This document shows, piece by piece, positions 52,222-61,818 of a stretch of DNA of 64,000 nt. The stretch's first letter is position 1, and each line of letters starts with the position of its first letter. Source of the DNA: an uncultured Actinomycetota bacterium (GTDB taxonomy: Bacteria > Actinomycetota > Actinomycetes > Propionibacteriales > Nocardioidaceae); contig CAWBBT010000001.1 of the NCBI GenBank assembly GCA_963787165.1, forward strand, positions 529,508 through 593,507, in the 5' to 3' direction. Position numbers and translations under genes: made by a program. The notes beneath the pieces were generated by a model. The model was not told the DNA's origin. It did not search any database and saw only the letters and a program-made list of their open reading frames with translations.

Positions 52222-52925
52222 TCCTGCTCTCGTTGCTGCTCGCCGCGCTGGGCGCCACCGATCTCGTGCGTCCCGAGAACCGTGCGTCGACACGCACCGA
52301 GGGCATCGTCGGCGCCGTCGTCGGCGGAGTGGTCCTCGCCCTGCTGGCGTCGGGTCTGGGCATCGGATCGGTCGCCTGGGCCGTCATCCCGGTCGGGCTC
52401 GTGCTGCTGGTCGCCTGGATCCTGCTCACGCCGGTCGGCGTCATCCAGACCGACCGGCCCTGGCCGGTCGCCGGACTCGCCGTCGTGGCGATCGTTGCCC
52501 TCGCAGTGCCTCAGCCGCCGGTGCATCGCGGCTGGCTCGTGCAGTGGTACGACGGCCTCGACGTCGGCGCCCTCGCCGATGTCTCGATCGAGCAGTTCGT
52601 GCTCGGCGCCGCCTGCGTGCTGTTCCTCATCGAGACGGCCAACATCATCGTGCGCCTGATGCTGATCGGCACGGGTCCGAGCGTCATCGCCACCGAGAAG
52701 ACGTTGAAGGGCGGACGCATCCTCGGCCCGATCGAGCGGGTGTTCATCCTCGCGATGGCGCTCGGCGGGCACTACGGGGCGCTGAGCGCGGTCGTCGCGG
52801 CCAAGGGCATCCTGCGGTTCCCGGAGATCTCGCGCGACAGCGCCGGCGGTTCCCGCGCCGAGTACGTCCTGGTCGGCAGCTTCGTCAGCTGGGCGCTCGC
52901 GTTCCTCTTCGTGCCTCTCTTCTAG
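52218..52925 (+). CDS. Multi-pass membrane protein with a DUF3307/SatE-like C-terminus
   Basis: GTGA overlap with satD; 6-7 TM segments; GGRILGPIER...AAKGILRF...AEYVLVGSFVSW. Confidence 0.75.
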   Translation: MILLSLLLAALGATDLVRPENRASTRTEGIVGAVVGGVVLALLASGLGIGSVAWAVIPVGLVLLVAWILLTPVGVIQTDRPWPVAGLAVVAIVALAVPQPPVHRGWLVQWYDGLDVGALADVSIEQFVLGAACVLFLIETANIIVRLMLIGTGPSVIATEKTLKGGRILGPIERVFILAMALGGHYGALSAVVAAKGILRFPEISRDSAGGSRAEYVLVGSFVSWALAFLFVPLF

Positions 52926-52967
52926 GCGGCGCGGCGGCACATCGCGACGTGGTCGTAATCTTGGGCC

Positions 52968-54665
52968 ATGCCCACCGAGGACAAGCCAGCCGCCGGCGTG
53001 GATATCAAGCCCCGGAGCCGAGACGTCACCGACGGTCTCGAGAAGACCGCCGCGCGCGGCATGCTGCGCGCCGTCGGCATGGGCGACGACGACTGGGAGA
53101 AGCCCCAGGTCGGCGTCGCGTCGAGCTGGAACGAGATCACGCCGTGCAACCTCTCGCTCGACCGGCTCGCAAAGGCGGTCAAGGAGGGCGTGCACGCTGC
53201 CGGTGGCTATCCACTCGAGTTCGGCACGATCTCCGTCTCCGACGGCATCTCGATGGGGCACGAGGGCATGCACTTCTCGCTGGTGAGCCGCGAGGTCATC
53301 GCCGACTCCGTCGAGACGGTCATGATGGCCGAGCGGATGGACGGCTCGGTGCTGCTCGCCGGCTGCGACAAGAGCCTGCCGGGCATGCTGATGGCCGCGG
53401 CCAGGCTCGACCTCTCCAGCGTCTTCCTCTACGCCGGCTCGATCATGCCGGGAAGCGTCGACGGCAAGGACGTCACGATCATCGACGCCTTCGAGGCCGT
53501 CGGCGCCTGCATGAGAGGCCTCATCACGCGCGAGCAGGTCGACAAGATCGAGCGGGCGATCTGCCCGGGCGAAGGCGCCTGCGGTGGCATGTACACCGCC
53601 AACACGATGGCCTCCGCGGCCGAGGCGCTCGGCATGAGCCTGCCCGGCTCCGCAGCACCCCCGGCGCCAGATCGCCGACGCGACGAGTACGCCCGCAAGT
53701 CGGGCGAGGCCGTCGTCGAGCTGCTGCGTCGCGGCATCACGGCACGCCACATCCTCACCCTGGAGGCGTTCGAGAACGCCATCACCGTGGTCATGGCTCT
53801 CGGCGGTTCCACCAACGCCGTCCTGCACCTGCTGGCCATCGCCCGCGAGGCCGAGGTCGATCTCACGCTCGACGACTTCAACCGCATCGGCGACAAGGTG
53901 CCGCACCTCGGCGACCTCAAGCCCTTCGGCCGCTACGTCATGAACGACGTCGACCGCGTCGGTGGCATCCCGGTCGTCATGAAAGCCCTGCTCGACGCCG
54001 GGCTCATGCACGGCGACTGCCTCACCGTCACCGGTCGCACGATGGCCGAGAACCTCGCCGAGATCGACCTCGGCCTCGACGGCGACATCATCCGTCCGCT
54101 CGACGCACCGATCCACAAGACCGGCGGACTCACGATCCTGCGCGGCTCGCTCGCGCCCGACGGTGCCGTCGTCAAGAGCGCCGGGTTCGACTCAGACGTC
54201 TTCCGCGGCATCGCCCGCGTCTTCGACGGTGAGCGTGCCGCGATGGACGCCCTCGAGGACGGCACCATCGCGGCCGGTGACGCCGTGGTGATCCGCAACG
54301 AGGGACCCAAGGGCGGTCCCGGCATGCGCGAGATGCTGGCGATCACCAGCGCCATCAAGGGGGCCGGCCTCGGCAAGGACGTCCTGCTGCTCACCGACGG
54401 ACGCTTCTCCGGTGGCACCACCGGCCTGTGCGTCGGGCACGTGGCGCCCGAGGCCGTCGACGCCGGCCCGATCGCCTTCGTGGCCGACGGCGACCCGATC
54501 ACGCTCGACATGGCCAACCGCACGCTGGAGGTCGAGATCGACGACGACGAGCTGGCCCGACGCCGCGAGGGCTGGGAACCGCTGCCCCCGCGTTACACCA
54601 CCGGCGTGCTCGCGAAGTACCGCAAGCTCGTCAGCTCAGCGGCCGACGGTGCCGTCTGCGGCTGA
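52968..54665 (+). CDS. ilvD: Dihydroxy-acid dehydratase
   Basis: [30 protein letters not shown] and [12 protein letters not shown] motifs. Confidence 0.96.
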   Translation: MPTEDKPAAGVDIKPRSRDVTDGLEKTAARGMLRAVGMGDDDWEKPQVGVASSWNEITPCNLSLDRLAKAVKEGVHAAGGYPLEFGTISVSDGISMGHEGMHFSLVSREVIADSVETVMMAERMDGSVLLAGCDKSLPGMLMAAARLDLSSVFLYAGSIMPGSVDGKDVTIIDAFEAVGACMRGLITREQVDKIERAICPGEGACGGMYTANTMASAAEALGMSLPGSAAPPAPDRRRDEYARKSGEAVVELLRRGITARHILTLEAFENAITVVMALGGSTNAVLHLLAIAREAEVDLTLDDFNRIGDKVPHLGDLKPFGRYVMNDVDRVGGIPVVMKALLDAGLMHGDCLTVTGRTMAENLAEIDLGLDGDIIRPLDAPIHKTGGLTILRGSLAPDGAVVKSAGFDSDVFRGIARVFDGERAAMDALEDGTIAAGDAVVIRNEGPKGGPGMREMLAITSAIKGAGLGKDVLLLTDGRFSGGTTGLCVGHVAPEAVDAGPIAFVADGDPITLDMANRTLEVEIDDDELARRREGWEPLPPRYTTGVLAKYRKLVSSAADGAVCG

Positions 54666-54723
54666 ACGTCTCGTCGTTCCGCGTTCTGCCGTCGAGGCGC
54701 CCCATCGGTGTCACGATGTGCGC

Positions 54724-55236
54724 ATGAACGCATCTGCCCTGCGCGAACTCCAGGCGCCGCTCAAGCAGAAGTACCGAGACAACCCGGCGACGGCGCGAAC
54801 TCCCCTCGGCGCCTTTGCGACCTTCGAGTCGCCCGGCATCACCTGCGCGGTCGGCACGTGGTCGGGCATCACGCGCGCCGGCCTGCACCCCGCCACGGGT
54901 GGCGACGGCAGCGAGGCGTGCTCCGGCGACATGATCCTCCAGGCGCTGCTGGCGTGCGCCGGCGTCACGATGCGGAGCGTGGCGACCGCGATGAGCATCG
55001 ACATCGTCTCGGCCGAGCTGACCGCCGACGGGATGTTCGACGTCCAGGGCACGCTCGGCATCTCCCGTGACGTTCCGGTCGGCGTGCAGGACATCAAGGT
55101 CGTGGCCGTGCTGGAGACGGATGCCGACGACGCGGCACTCGCCAAGCTCGCCGAGCTGACCGAGCGCTACTGCGTCGTGGCCCAGACGCTGGCACAACGC
55201 CCGTCGATCACCGTCAAGCGCCGCGAAGCCGCCTGA
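54724..55236 (+). CDS. OsmC family protein
   Basis: LHPATGG...ACSGDMILQALLAC...ERYCVV motifs. Confidence 0.88.
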   Translation: MNASALRELQAPLKQKYRDNPATARTPLGAFATFESPGITCAVGTWSGITRAGLHPATGGDGSEACSGDMILQALLACAGVTMRSVATAMSIDIVSAELTADGMFDVQGTLGISRDVPVGVQDIKVVAVLETDADDAALAKLAELTERYCVVAQTLAQRPSITVKRREAA

Positions 55237-55266
55237 TCCACATGATGGAACGAGATGTCTCACGAC

Positions 55267-55295
55267 TTGACCACACCGTCTCCACAGGCGAGACT
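55267..55295 (+). promoter_or_regulatory. ilvBNC promoter TTGACC-N17-GAGACT
   Basis: -35 at 55267-55272; -10 at 55290-55295; the leader GTG lies 7 nt downstream. Confidence 0.65.
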
Positions 55296-55301
55296 TGCCG
55301 C

Positions 55302-55337
55302 GTGCATGTCACCGAGTACCTCGTAGTAGTTGTCTGA
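55302..55337 (+). CDS. ilvL: ilvB attenuator leader peptide MHVTEYLVVVV
   Basis: Leu-Val-Val-Val-Val run with rare GTA GTA GTT codons, immediately before the attenuator hairpins. Confidence 0.8.
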   Translation: MHVTEYLVVVV

Positions 55338-55400
55338 CGCGCGAACCCACGCCGGTCGCGCGTCGCCCCTCGTCATGCCTCATCGGCCGAGGGGTTTTTT
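55336..55400 (+). terminator. Transcription attenuator: protector hairpin + intrinsic terminator
   Basis: GACGCGCGA...TCGCGCGTC (55336-55364); CCCCTCG (55366-55372) / CGAGGGG (55388-55394) followed by T6. Confidence 0.88.
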
Positions 55401-55450
55401 CATGCAGACTGACGGTCCACCATGGATGCACACAGGAGTAAGGACGAACG

Positions 55451-57262
55451 ATGATGGGACAGGCCACCGGAACGGTGTCTGATCAGCTCGAGGGCCAGCC
55501 CGAGCAGCTGACCGGGGCGCAGAGCCTCGTGCGGGCGCTGGAGCACGCCGGCGTCGAGGTCATCTTCGGCATCCCCGGCGGAGCGATCCTCCCCGCGTAC
55601 GACCCCTTGTTCGACTCCGAGCAGATCCGCCACATCCTGGTCCGCCACGAGCAGGGTGCCGGCCACGCCGCCCAGGGCTACGCGATGGTCACGGGCCGCG
55701 TCGGCGTGTGCATGGCGACGTCCGGCCCCGGCGCCACGAATCTCGTCACCGCGCTGGCCGACGCCCACATGGACTCCGTGCCGGTCGTCGCGATCACCGG
55801 CCAGGTGCCGAGCGGGTCCATCGGCACGGACGCCTTCCAGGAGGCCGACATCCGCGGCATCACGATGCCGATCACCAAGCACAGCTACCTCCTCACCGAC
55901 CCCGACGACATCCCGCGCACGATCGCTGAGGCGTTCCACATCGCGTCCACCGGCCGTCCGGGCCCCGTGCTCGTCGACATCTCCAAGGACGCGCTGCAGA
56001 AGGCCACCACGTTCACGTGGCCGTCCGAGCTCGCGCTGCCGGGGTATCGCCCGACCACGCGGCCGCACGGCAAGCAGGTGCGCGAGGCGGCCCGGCTCAT
56101 CGCCGAGGCCAAGCGTCCCGTCCTGTACGTCGGCGGCGGCGTCATCAAGGCCAATGCGTCCGCCGAGCTCGCGATGCTCGCCGAGCTGACCCAGATCCCG
56201 GTCATCACGACGCTGATGGCCCGGGGCGCGTTCCCCGACTCCCACGAGCTGCACCTGGGCATGCCCGGCATGCACGGGTCGGTCGCCGCGGTGGCCGGGC
56301 TCCAGAAGTCCGACCTGCTCATCTGCCTCGGCGCCCGCTTCGACGACCGCGTCACCGGCCAGCTCTCCTCGTTCGCGCCGGAGGCGAAGGTCATCCACGC
56401 CGACATCGACCCGGCCGAGATCTCCAAGAACCGGCTGGCCGACGTCCCCATCGTGGGCGACTGCCGTGAGGTCATCTCCGACCTCGTCGTGATGCTGCGC
56501 AAGCAGGCCGAGGAGGACGGCCTCGTCGGCGACTACACGGCATGGCGCGAGCAGATGCTCGGCGTCAAGGCCAAGTTCCCGGTGGGCTACGACGAGCCCG
56601 AGGAGGGACTCGCACCGCAGAAGGTCATCGAGCGGATCAGCCAGATCTCCGGTCCCGAGGCCACCTACGTCGCCGGTGTCGGGCAGCACCAGATGTGGGC
56701 GGCGCACTTCGTGGACTTCGAGCGGCCGCGTCAGTGGCTCAACTCCGGCGGCGCCGGAACCATGGGCTACTGCGTGCCCGCGGCCATGGGAGCCCAGGTC
56801 GGGGAGCCCGACAACGTCGTGTGGGCGATCGACGGTGACGGCTGCTTCCAGATGACCAACCAGGAGCTCGCCACCTGCGCCATCGAGGGCATCCCGATCA
56901 AGGTCGCGATCATCAACAACTCCTCGCTGGGCATGGTCCGCCAGTGGCAGACGCTCTTCTACGACAGCCGCTACTCCAACACCGACCTCAACACCGGCAG
57001 CGAGGACAGCGGCGCCCGCCGCATCCCCGACTTCGTCAAGCTCGCCGAGGCCTACGGCTGCGTCGGCCTGCGCTGCGAGAGCCCGGACGACCTCGACGAG
57101 ACGATCCAGAAGGCCATGAGCATCACCGACGTGCCCGTCGTGATCGACTTCGTCGTCGAGCGCGACGCCATGGTGTGGCCCATGGTCGCGGCCGGCACCA
57201 GCAACGACGACATCAAGATCGCGCGCGACCTCGCGCCCGAGTGGGATCAGGACGACATATGA
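55451..57262 (+). CDS. ilvB: Acetolactate synthase large subunit
   Basis: [26 protein letters not shown] and [10 protein letters not shown] motifs. Confidence 0.96.
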   Translation: MMGQATGTVSDQLEGQPEQLTGAQSLVRALEHAGVEVIFGIPGGAILPAYDPLFDSEQIRHILVRHEQGAGHAAQGYAMVTGRVGVCMATSGPGATNLVTALADAHMDSVPVVAITGQVPSGSIGTDAFQEADIRGITMPITKHSYLLTDPDDIPRTIAEAFHIASTGRPGPVLVDISKDALQKATTFTWPSELALPGYRPTTRPHGKQVREAARLIAEAKRPVLYVGGGVIKANASAELAMLAELTQIPVITTLMARGAFPDSHELHLGMPGMHGSVAAVAGLQKSDLLICLGARFDDRVTGQLSSFAPEAKVIHADIDPAEISKNRLADVPIVGDCREVISDLVVMLRKQAEEDGLVGDYTAWREQMLGVKAKFPVGYDEPEEGLAPQKVIERISQISGPEATYVAGVGQHQMWAAHFVDFERPRQWLNSGGAGTMGYCVPAAMGAQVGEPDNVVWAIDGDGCFQMTNQELATCAIEGIPIKVAIINNSSLGMVRQWQTLFYDSRYSNTDLNTGSEDSGARRIPDFVKLAEAYGCVGLRCESPDDLDETIQKAMSITDVPVVIDFVVERDAMVWPMVAAGTSNDDIKIARDLAPEWDQDDI

Positions 57263-57348
57263 AGCACCCCACGAAACCACTCGCTCGCATCCAGGCCGGT
57301 CCGCAGGAGACTTGCGGCCGCTCGCGCTTTCGAGGGGACCCCGCATGA
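57259..57348 (+). mobile_element. About 86-bp structured insertion (REP/MITE-like) flanked by ATGA direct repeats, forming a 29-aa bridging ORF
   Basis: ATGA at 57259-57262 (ilvB stop) and at 57345-57348 (ilvN start); internal hairpin CCGCAG-gagac-TTGCGG; codon usage is atypical. Confidence 0.45.
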
Positions 57349-57878
57349 GCCAACAGCACACATTGTCGGTGCTCGTCGAGAACACGCCGGGCGCTCTCGC
57401 GCGTGTCTCGAGCATGTTCATGCGGCGCGGCTTCAACATCGAGTCGCTCGCCGTGGGGCCCACCGAGATCCCGGAGATCTCGCGGATGACGATCGTCGTG
57501 AACGTCGAGGACCTGCCGCTCGAGCAGGTCACGAAGCAGCTCAACAAGCTCGTCAACGTCCTCAAGATCGTCGAGCTCGACTCCGCCGCCGCGGTCGAGC
57601 GCGAGCTCATGCTGATCAAGGTCAAGACCGACCCGCACACCCGGGGCCAGGTGCTCGAGACCGTCCAGCTGTTCAGGGCCAAGGTGGTGGACGTCGCCAC
57701 CGATGCCATCACGATCGAGGCGACCGGCGACTCGGGCAAGCTGACCGCCATGCTCAACGTCCTCGAGCCGTTCGGCATCCGCGAGATCGCCCAGTCGGGA
57801 CGCGTGGCCATCGGCCGCGGTTCCCGATCCATCACCGACCGCACCCTGCGCGCCGTCCCCGGCGTGCAGACCGGCTGA
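57345..57878 (+). CDS. ilvN: Acetolactate synthase small subunit
   Basis: HTLSVLVENTPGAL, RRGFNIESLAVG and EQVTKQLNKLVNV motifs. Confidence 0.96.
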   Translation: MSQQHTLSVLVENTPGALARVSSMFMRRGFNIESLAVGPTEIPEISRMTIVVNVEDLPLEQVTKQLNKLVNVLKIVELDSAAAVERELMLIKVKTDPHTRGQVLETVQLFRAKVVDVATDAITIEATGDSGKLTAMLNVLEPFGIREIAQSGRVAIGRGSRSITDRTLRAVPGVQTG

Positions 57879-57898
57879 CACCAGCCGCGCGAGACTGA

Positions 57899-58957
<1,059 letters not shown>

Positions 58958-58984
58958 TTGGGCTGCCCTTAGGCGGGCCGTCCG

Positions 58985-59761
58985 CTGAGCGACGCTTCGG
59001 ACATTGCTGCCCGCCTGCGGGCGGTGGGGTGCGTGTACGCCGAGGACGAGGCGGCGCTGCTGGTCGAGGCCGCAGCGTCGCCCGAGGAGCTCGAGCTGAT
59101 GGTCGGGCAGCGCGAGTCCGGCCTGCCGCTGGAGCAGGTGCTGGGGTGGGCGGAGTTCTGCGGGCTGCGCATCGTGGTCGAGGCGGGCGTGTTCGTGCCG
59201 CGGCGCCGCACGGCCCTGCTGGTCGAGCAGGCCGTCGCGCTCCTGGACGGTGTGCCCGAACCCGTCGTGGTCGACCTCTGCTGCGGCACGGGAGCGGTTG
59301 CCGTGGCCGTGCACCACGCGCTGGGCCGCGGCGAGGTGCACGCGTCCGACATCGAGCCGCGTGCGGTCCACTGCGCGCGCCGCAACCTCGAAGGCATCGG
59401 CAGCGTCCACGCGGGTGACCTCACCGATGCCCTGCCTCGCGACCTCGAAGGACGCGTCGACGTGATGGTCGTGAACGCGCCGTACGTGCCGACGACCGAG
59501 ATCGTGATGATGCCGCCGGAGGCGCGCGACCACGAGCCGCGCGCGGCGCTGGACGGGGGCGTCGACGGTGTCGACATCCATCGACGCGTGGCCGCGCAGG
59601 CGCCCCGGTGGCTGCACCCCGATGGGCACCTGATCATCGAGACCAGCCGGCGCCAGGCGCAGCTCACCCTTGAGGCGTTGACCGGCCGCGGGTTCGACAC
59701 CGCCGTCGTGCGGTCAGACGACCTCGAAGCGACGGCCGTCGTGGGGCGAAAGATGAGGTGA
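58985..59761 (+). CDS. PrmC-related protein N5-glutamine methyltransferase (actinobacterial HemK-like); start uncertain (CTG 58985 or GTG 59024)
   Basis: ARLRAVGCVYAEDEA, PLEQVLGW, VFVPRRRT, DLCCGTG and NAPY motifs. Confidence 0.85.
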   Translation: MSDASDIAARLRAVGCVYAEDEAALLVEAAASPEELELMVGQRESGLPLEQVLGWAEFCGLRIVVEAGVFVPRRRTALLVEQAVALLDGVPEPVVVDLCCGTGAVAVAVHHALGRGEVHASDIEPRAVHCARRNLEGIGSVHAGDLTDALPRDLEGRVDVMVVNAPYVPTTEIVMMPPEARDHEPRAALDGGVDGVDIHRRVAAQAPRWLHPDGHLIIETSRRQAQLTLEALTGRGFDTAVVRSDDLEATAVVGRKMR

Positions 59762-59828
59762 ACGCCTCATGTGGCGGCAGAGGGATCTTCCTACGTTGGG
59801 AGGGAACCCCAGCGAAAGGGAAATCGAG

Positions 59829-60206
59829 ATGCCCAAGGTGTCGAAAGCAAGTGCAACCAACGTGCAGGACATCGGGATCGGCGAGGTCCGCGAGGACGTG
59901 GCCGACGGATATGAGTTCGCCTTCCTCCACCTGCGCGAGGAGACCGACATGGGCGGCCTTCTCAAGGGCCTGCCGGACGATCGGTGCACCTGCCCCCACT
60001 GGGGGTACGTGCTGGCAGGAGAGCTCACGTTCACGTTCGCCGATCATGTCGAGGTCTTCGAGGCCGGTGACGCGTACTACGTGGGCCCCGGACACTCCCC
60101 GGCCATGTCTGCCGGTGCCGAAGTCCTCATGATCAGTCCGGAGAAGGAGTCTGCCGAGGTCAACGAGGTGATCCAACGCAACCTGCAGGCCTTGCAGGCG
60201 GGCTGA
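59829..60206 (+). CDS. Cupin domain protein
   Basis: GLPDDRCTCPHWGYVLAGE...AGDAYYVGPGH. Confidence 0.85.
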   Translation: MPKVSKASATNVQDIGIGEVREDVADGYEFAFLHLREETDMGGLLKGLPDDRCTCPHWGYVLAGELTFTFADHVEVFEAGDAYYVGPGHSPAMSAGAEVLMISPEKESAEVNEVIQRNLQALQAG

Positions 60207-60209
60207 GAG

Positions 60210-61787
60210 TCACACGGTCACGGGTTCCTCGTCCCCGAGGAGCCCGTGCTGGGTGGCGAACAACCCGGCCGCGGTGCGCGTCGAGACCTTGATCTTCGCG
60301 AAGATGTGTTCGACGTGGTTGGCCACGGTCTTGCGCGAGATCACGAGTCGCTCGGCGATCTCCTTGTTCGTGAGCCCGCGGGCGAGCAGTCGCAAGACGT
60401 CGATCTCGCGCGCGGTGAGCCCCGCTGGTCCGGCTCGTCGCCGTGGCACCCGATGCCCGGCCGCCTCGAGGACGGCGTCGACCGAGTCGGGCTCGAGCTG
60501 CCCCTTCGTCACCAGCTCCCGCAGGCGCACGGCTGCCTGCTCCGGTGACATCGGTTCGCGGTGGGCCCGCGGCTCCCGCATCGACTGGTAGGCGTCGGCC
60601 GCGCCGAGGACACGCGCGGGTCGGGAGATCGCTGCTCCGGCCAGGCCATGCGGGTACCCGGAACCGTCGAGCCGCTCAGCATGTTGCACGGCGATCACGC
60701 CCAAGGGAGCGAGGGCGGGCGACTGGCGGAGCATGCGCCCGGTCAGGTAGGGCACCATGCGGAGGCGCTCGCGCTCGCCTGCACCCAGCGGCGTGGGCTT
60801 GTCCAGGATCGCGTTGGAAACCCCGAGCTTCCCGAACGAGTGCACCAGACCGGCGCGGCGGACCGTGCGGACCTCGTCCTCCGACATGCCCAGTGTCTTC
60901 GCGGCGTCCTCGGCGAGGTCTGCCACGGCCCGAGCGTGGCCGAGCGTGTAGGGCGACTTCAGGTCGATGAAGTCGGCGACCGCCAGCAGCGCGACGTCGA
61001 ACTGTTCGTCGGTCAGGAGGACTCCGAGTGCGGGTTCCGCGCCGATCACGGCGTCCCACGTGTCGGTGGTGTCGAGCTCGGTCAGGAGGATCGTGGCATG
61101 GGACTCGAACACGTCGGAGAGTCGAGGATCGAACTGCTTGCCGCGTTGCTCGCGGACCAGGTTGACGGCAGCGTCGACGCCACCGACACGGAGGGCGACC
61201 TCGGTGAATTCGCCGATGGCGGCCAGCCTCGTCGCAATCGGGACCGCATCACCCTTCAGGTTCCCGGGCCACCCCTTGCCGTCCCACTGCTCGTACGAGG
61301 CGCCCAGCGCCTCGAGCACGGTCTCGGGCAGGCCGAGCTGCTCGCCGAGCGTGCGCGCCATCTCCGAGTGGTGATTCACCATCTCGTTCAGGTTGCGGTG
61401 TCCCGAGACCGCGAACTCCAGTCCCACGCGGAATCGCCTGGCCACACTCTCGGCGCCGGAACCGAGGCGCCGGACTCCTGCCACTGCACTGCCCAAGCCG
61501 TGCAAGCCGTACGCGTACTTGTCCGCCTTCAGCCCGATGTCGTCGCCGAACCACTTGGCCTGCTCATGGGCGTCGGAATGGCACCCGACGTTGGTGAGCA
61601 GAGCCGTGTAGTACACGGCTGATCGGGTCGTCTCGTCGACACCGATCTGTTCGGCCAGCCGAAGCGCGATCAGGCACTGCCGCAGGACATGCTCCATCGG
61701 CTGGTCGAAGCCGAGGTCGATCCCGAGGGACAGCGCAGCGACGAGCTCGGCCAGTCGGACACCCCCGCGATCGGTGTCGGCGTGCAT
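60210..61787 (-). CDS. Tandem HD-GYP-like domains + C-terminal LuxR HTH regulator
   Basis: YEQWDGKGWP and HAERLDGSGYP motifs; GLTAREIDVLRLLARGLTNKEIA HTH. Confidence 0.88.
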   Translation of the reverse strand: MHADTDRGGVRLAELVAALSLGIDLGFDQPMEHVLRQCLIALRLAEQIGVDETTRSAVYYTALLTNVGCHSDAHEQAKWFGDDIGLKADKYAYGLHGLGSAVAGVRRLGSGAESVARRFRVGLEFAVSGHRNLNEMVNHHSEMARTLGEQLGLPETVLEALGASYEQWDGKGWPGNLKGDAVPIATRLAAIGEFTEVALRVGGVDAAVNLVREQRGKQFDPRLSDVFESHATILLTELDTTDTWDAVIGAEPALGVLLTDEQFDVALLAVADFIDLKSPYTLGHARAVADLAEDAAKTLGMSEDEVRTVRRAGLVHSFGKLGVSNAILDKPTPLGAGERERLRMVPYLTGRMLRQSPALAPLGVIAVQHAERLDGSGYPHGLAGAAISRPARVLGAADAYQSMREPRAHREPMSPEQAAVRLRELVTKGQLEPDSVDAVLEAAGHRVPRRRAGPAGLTAREIDVLRLLARGLTNKEIAERLVISRKTVANHVEHIFAKIKVSTRTAAGLFATQHGLLGDEEPVTV

Positions 61788-61818
61788 GGCCAGAGCCTAC
61801 GCTCCGGCGTGGCTGCCC

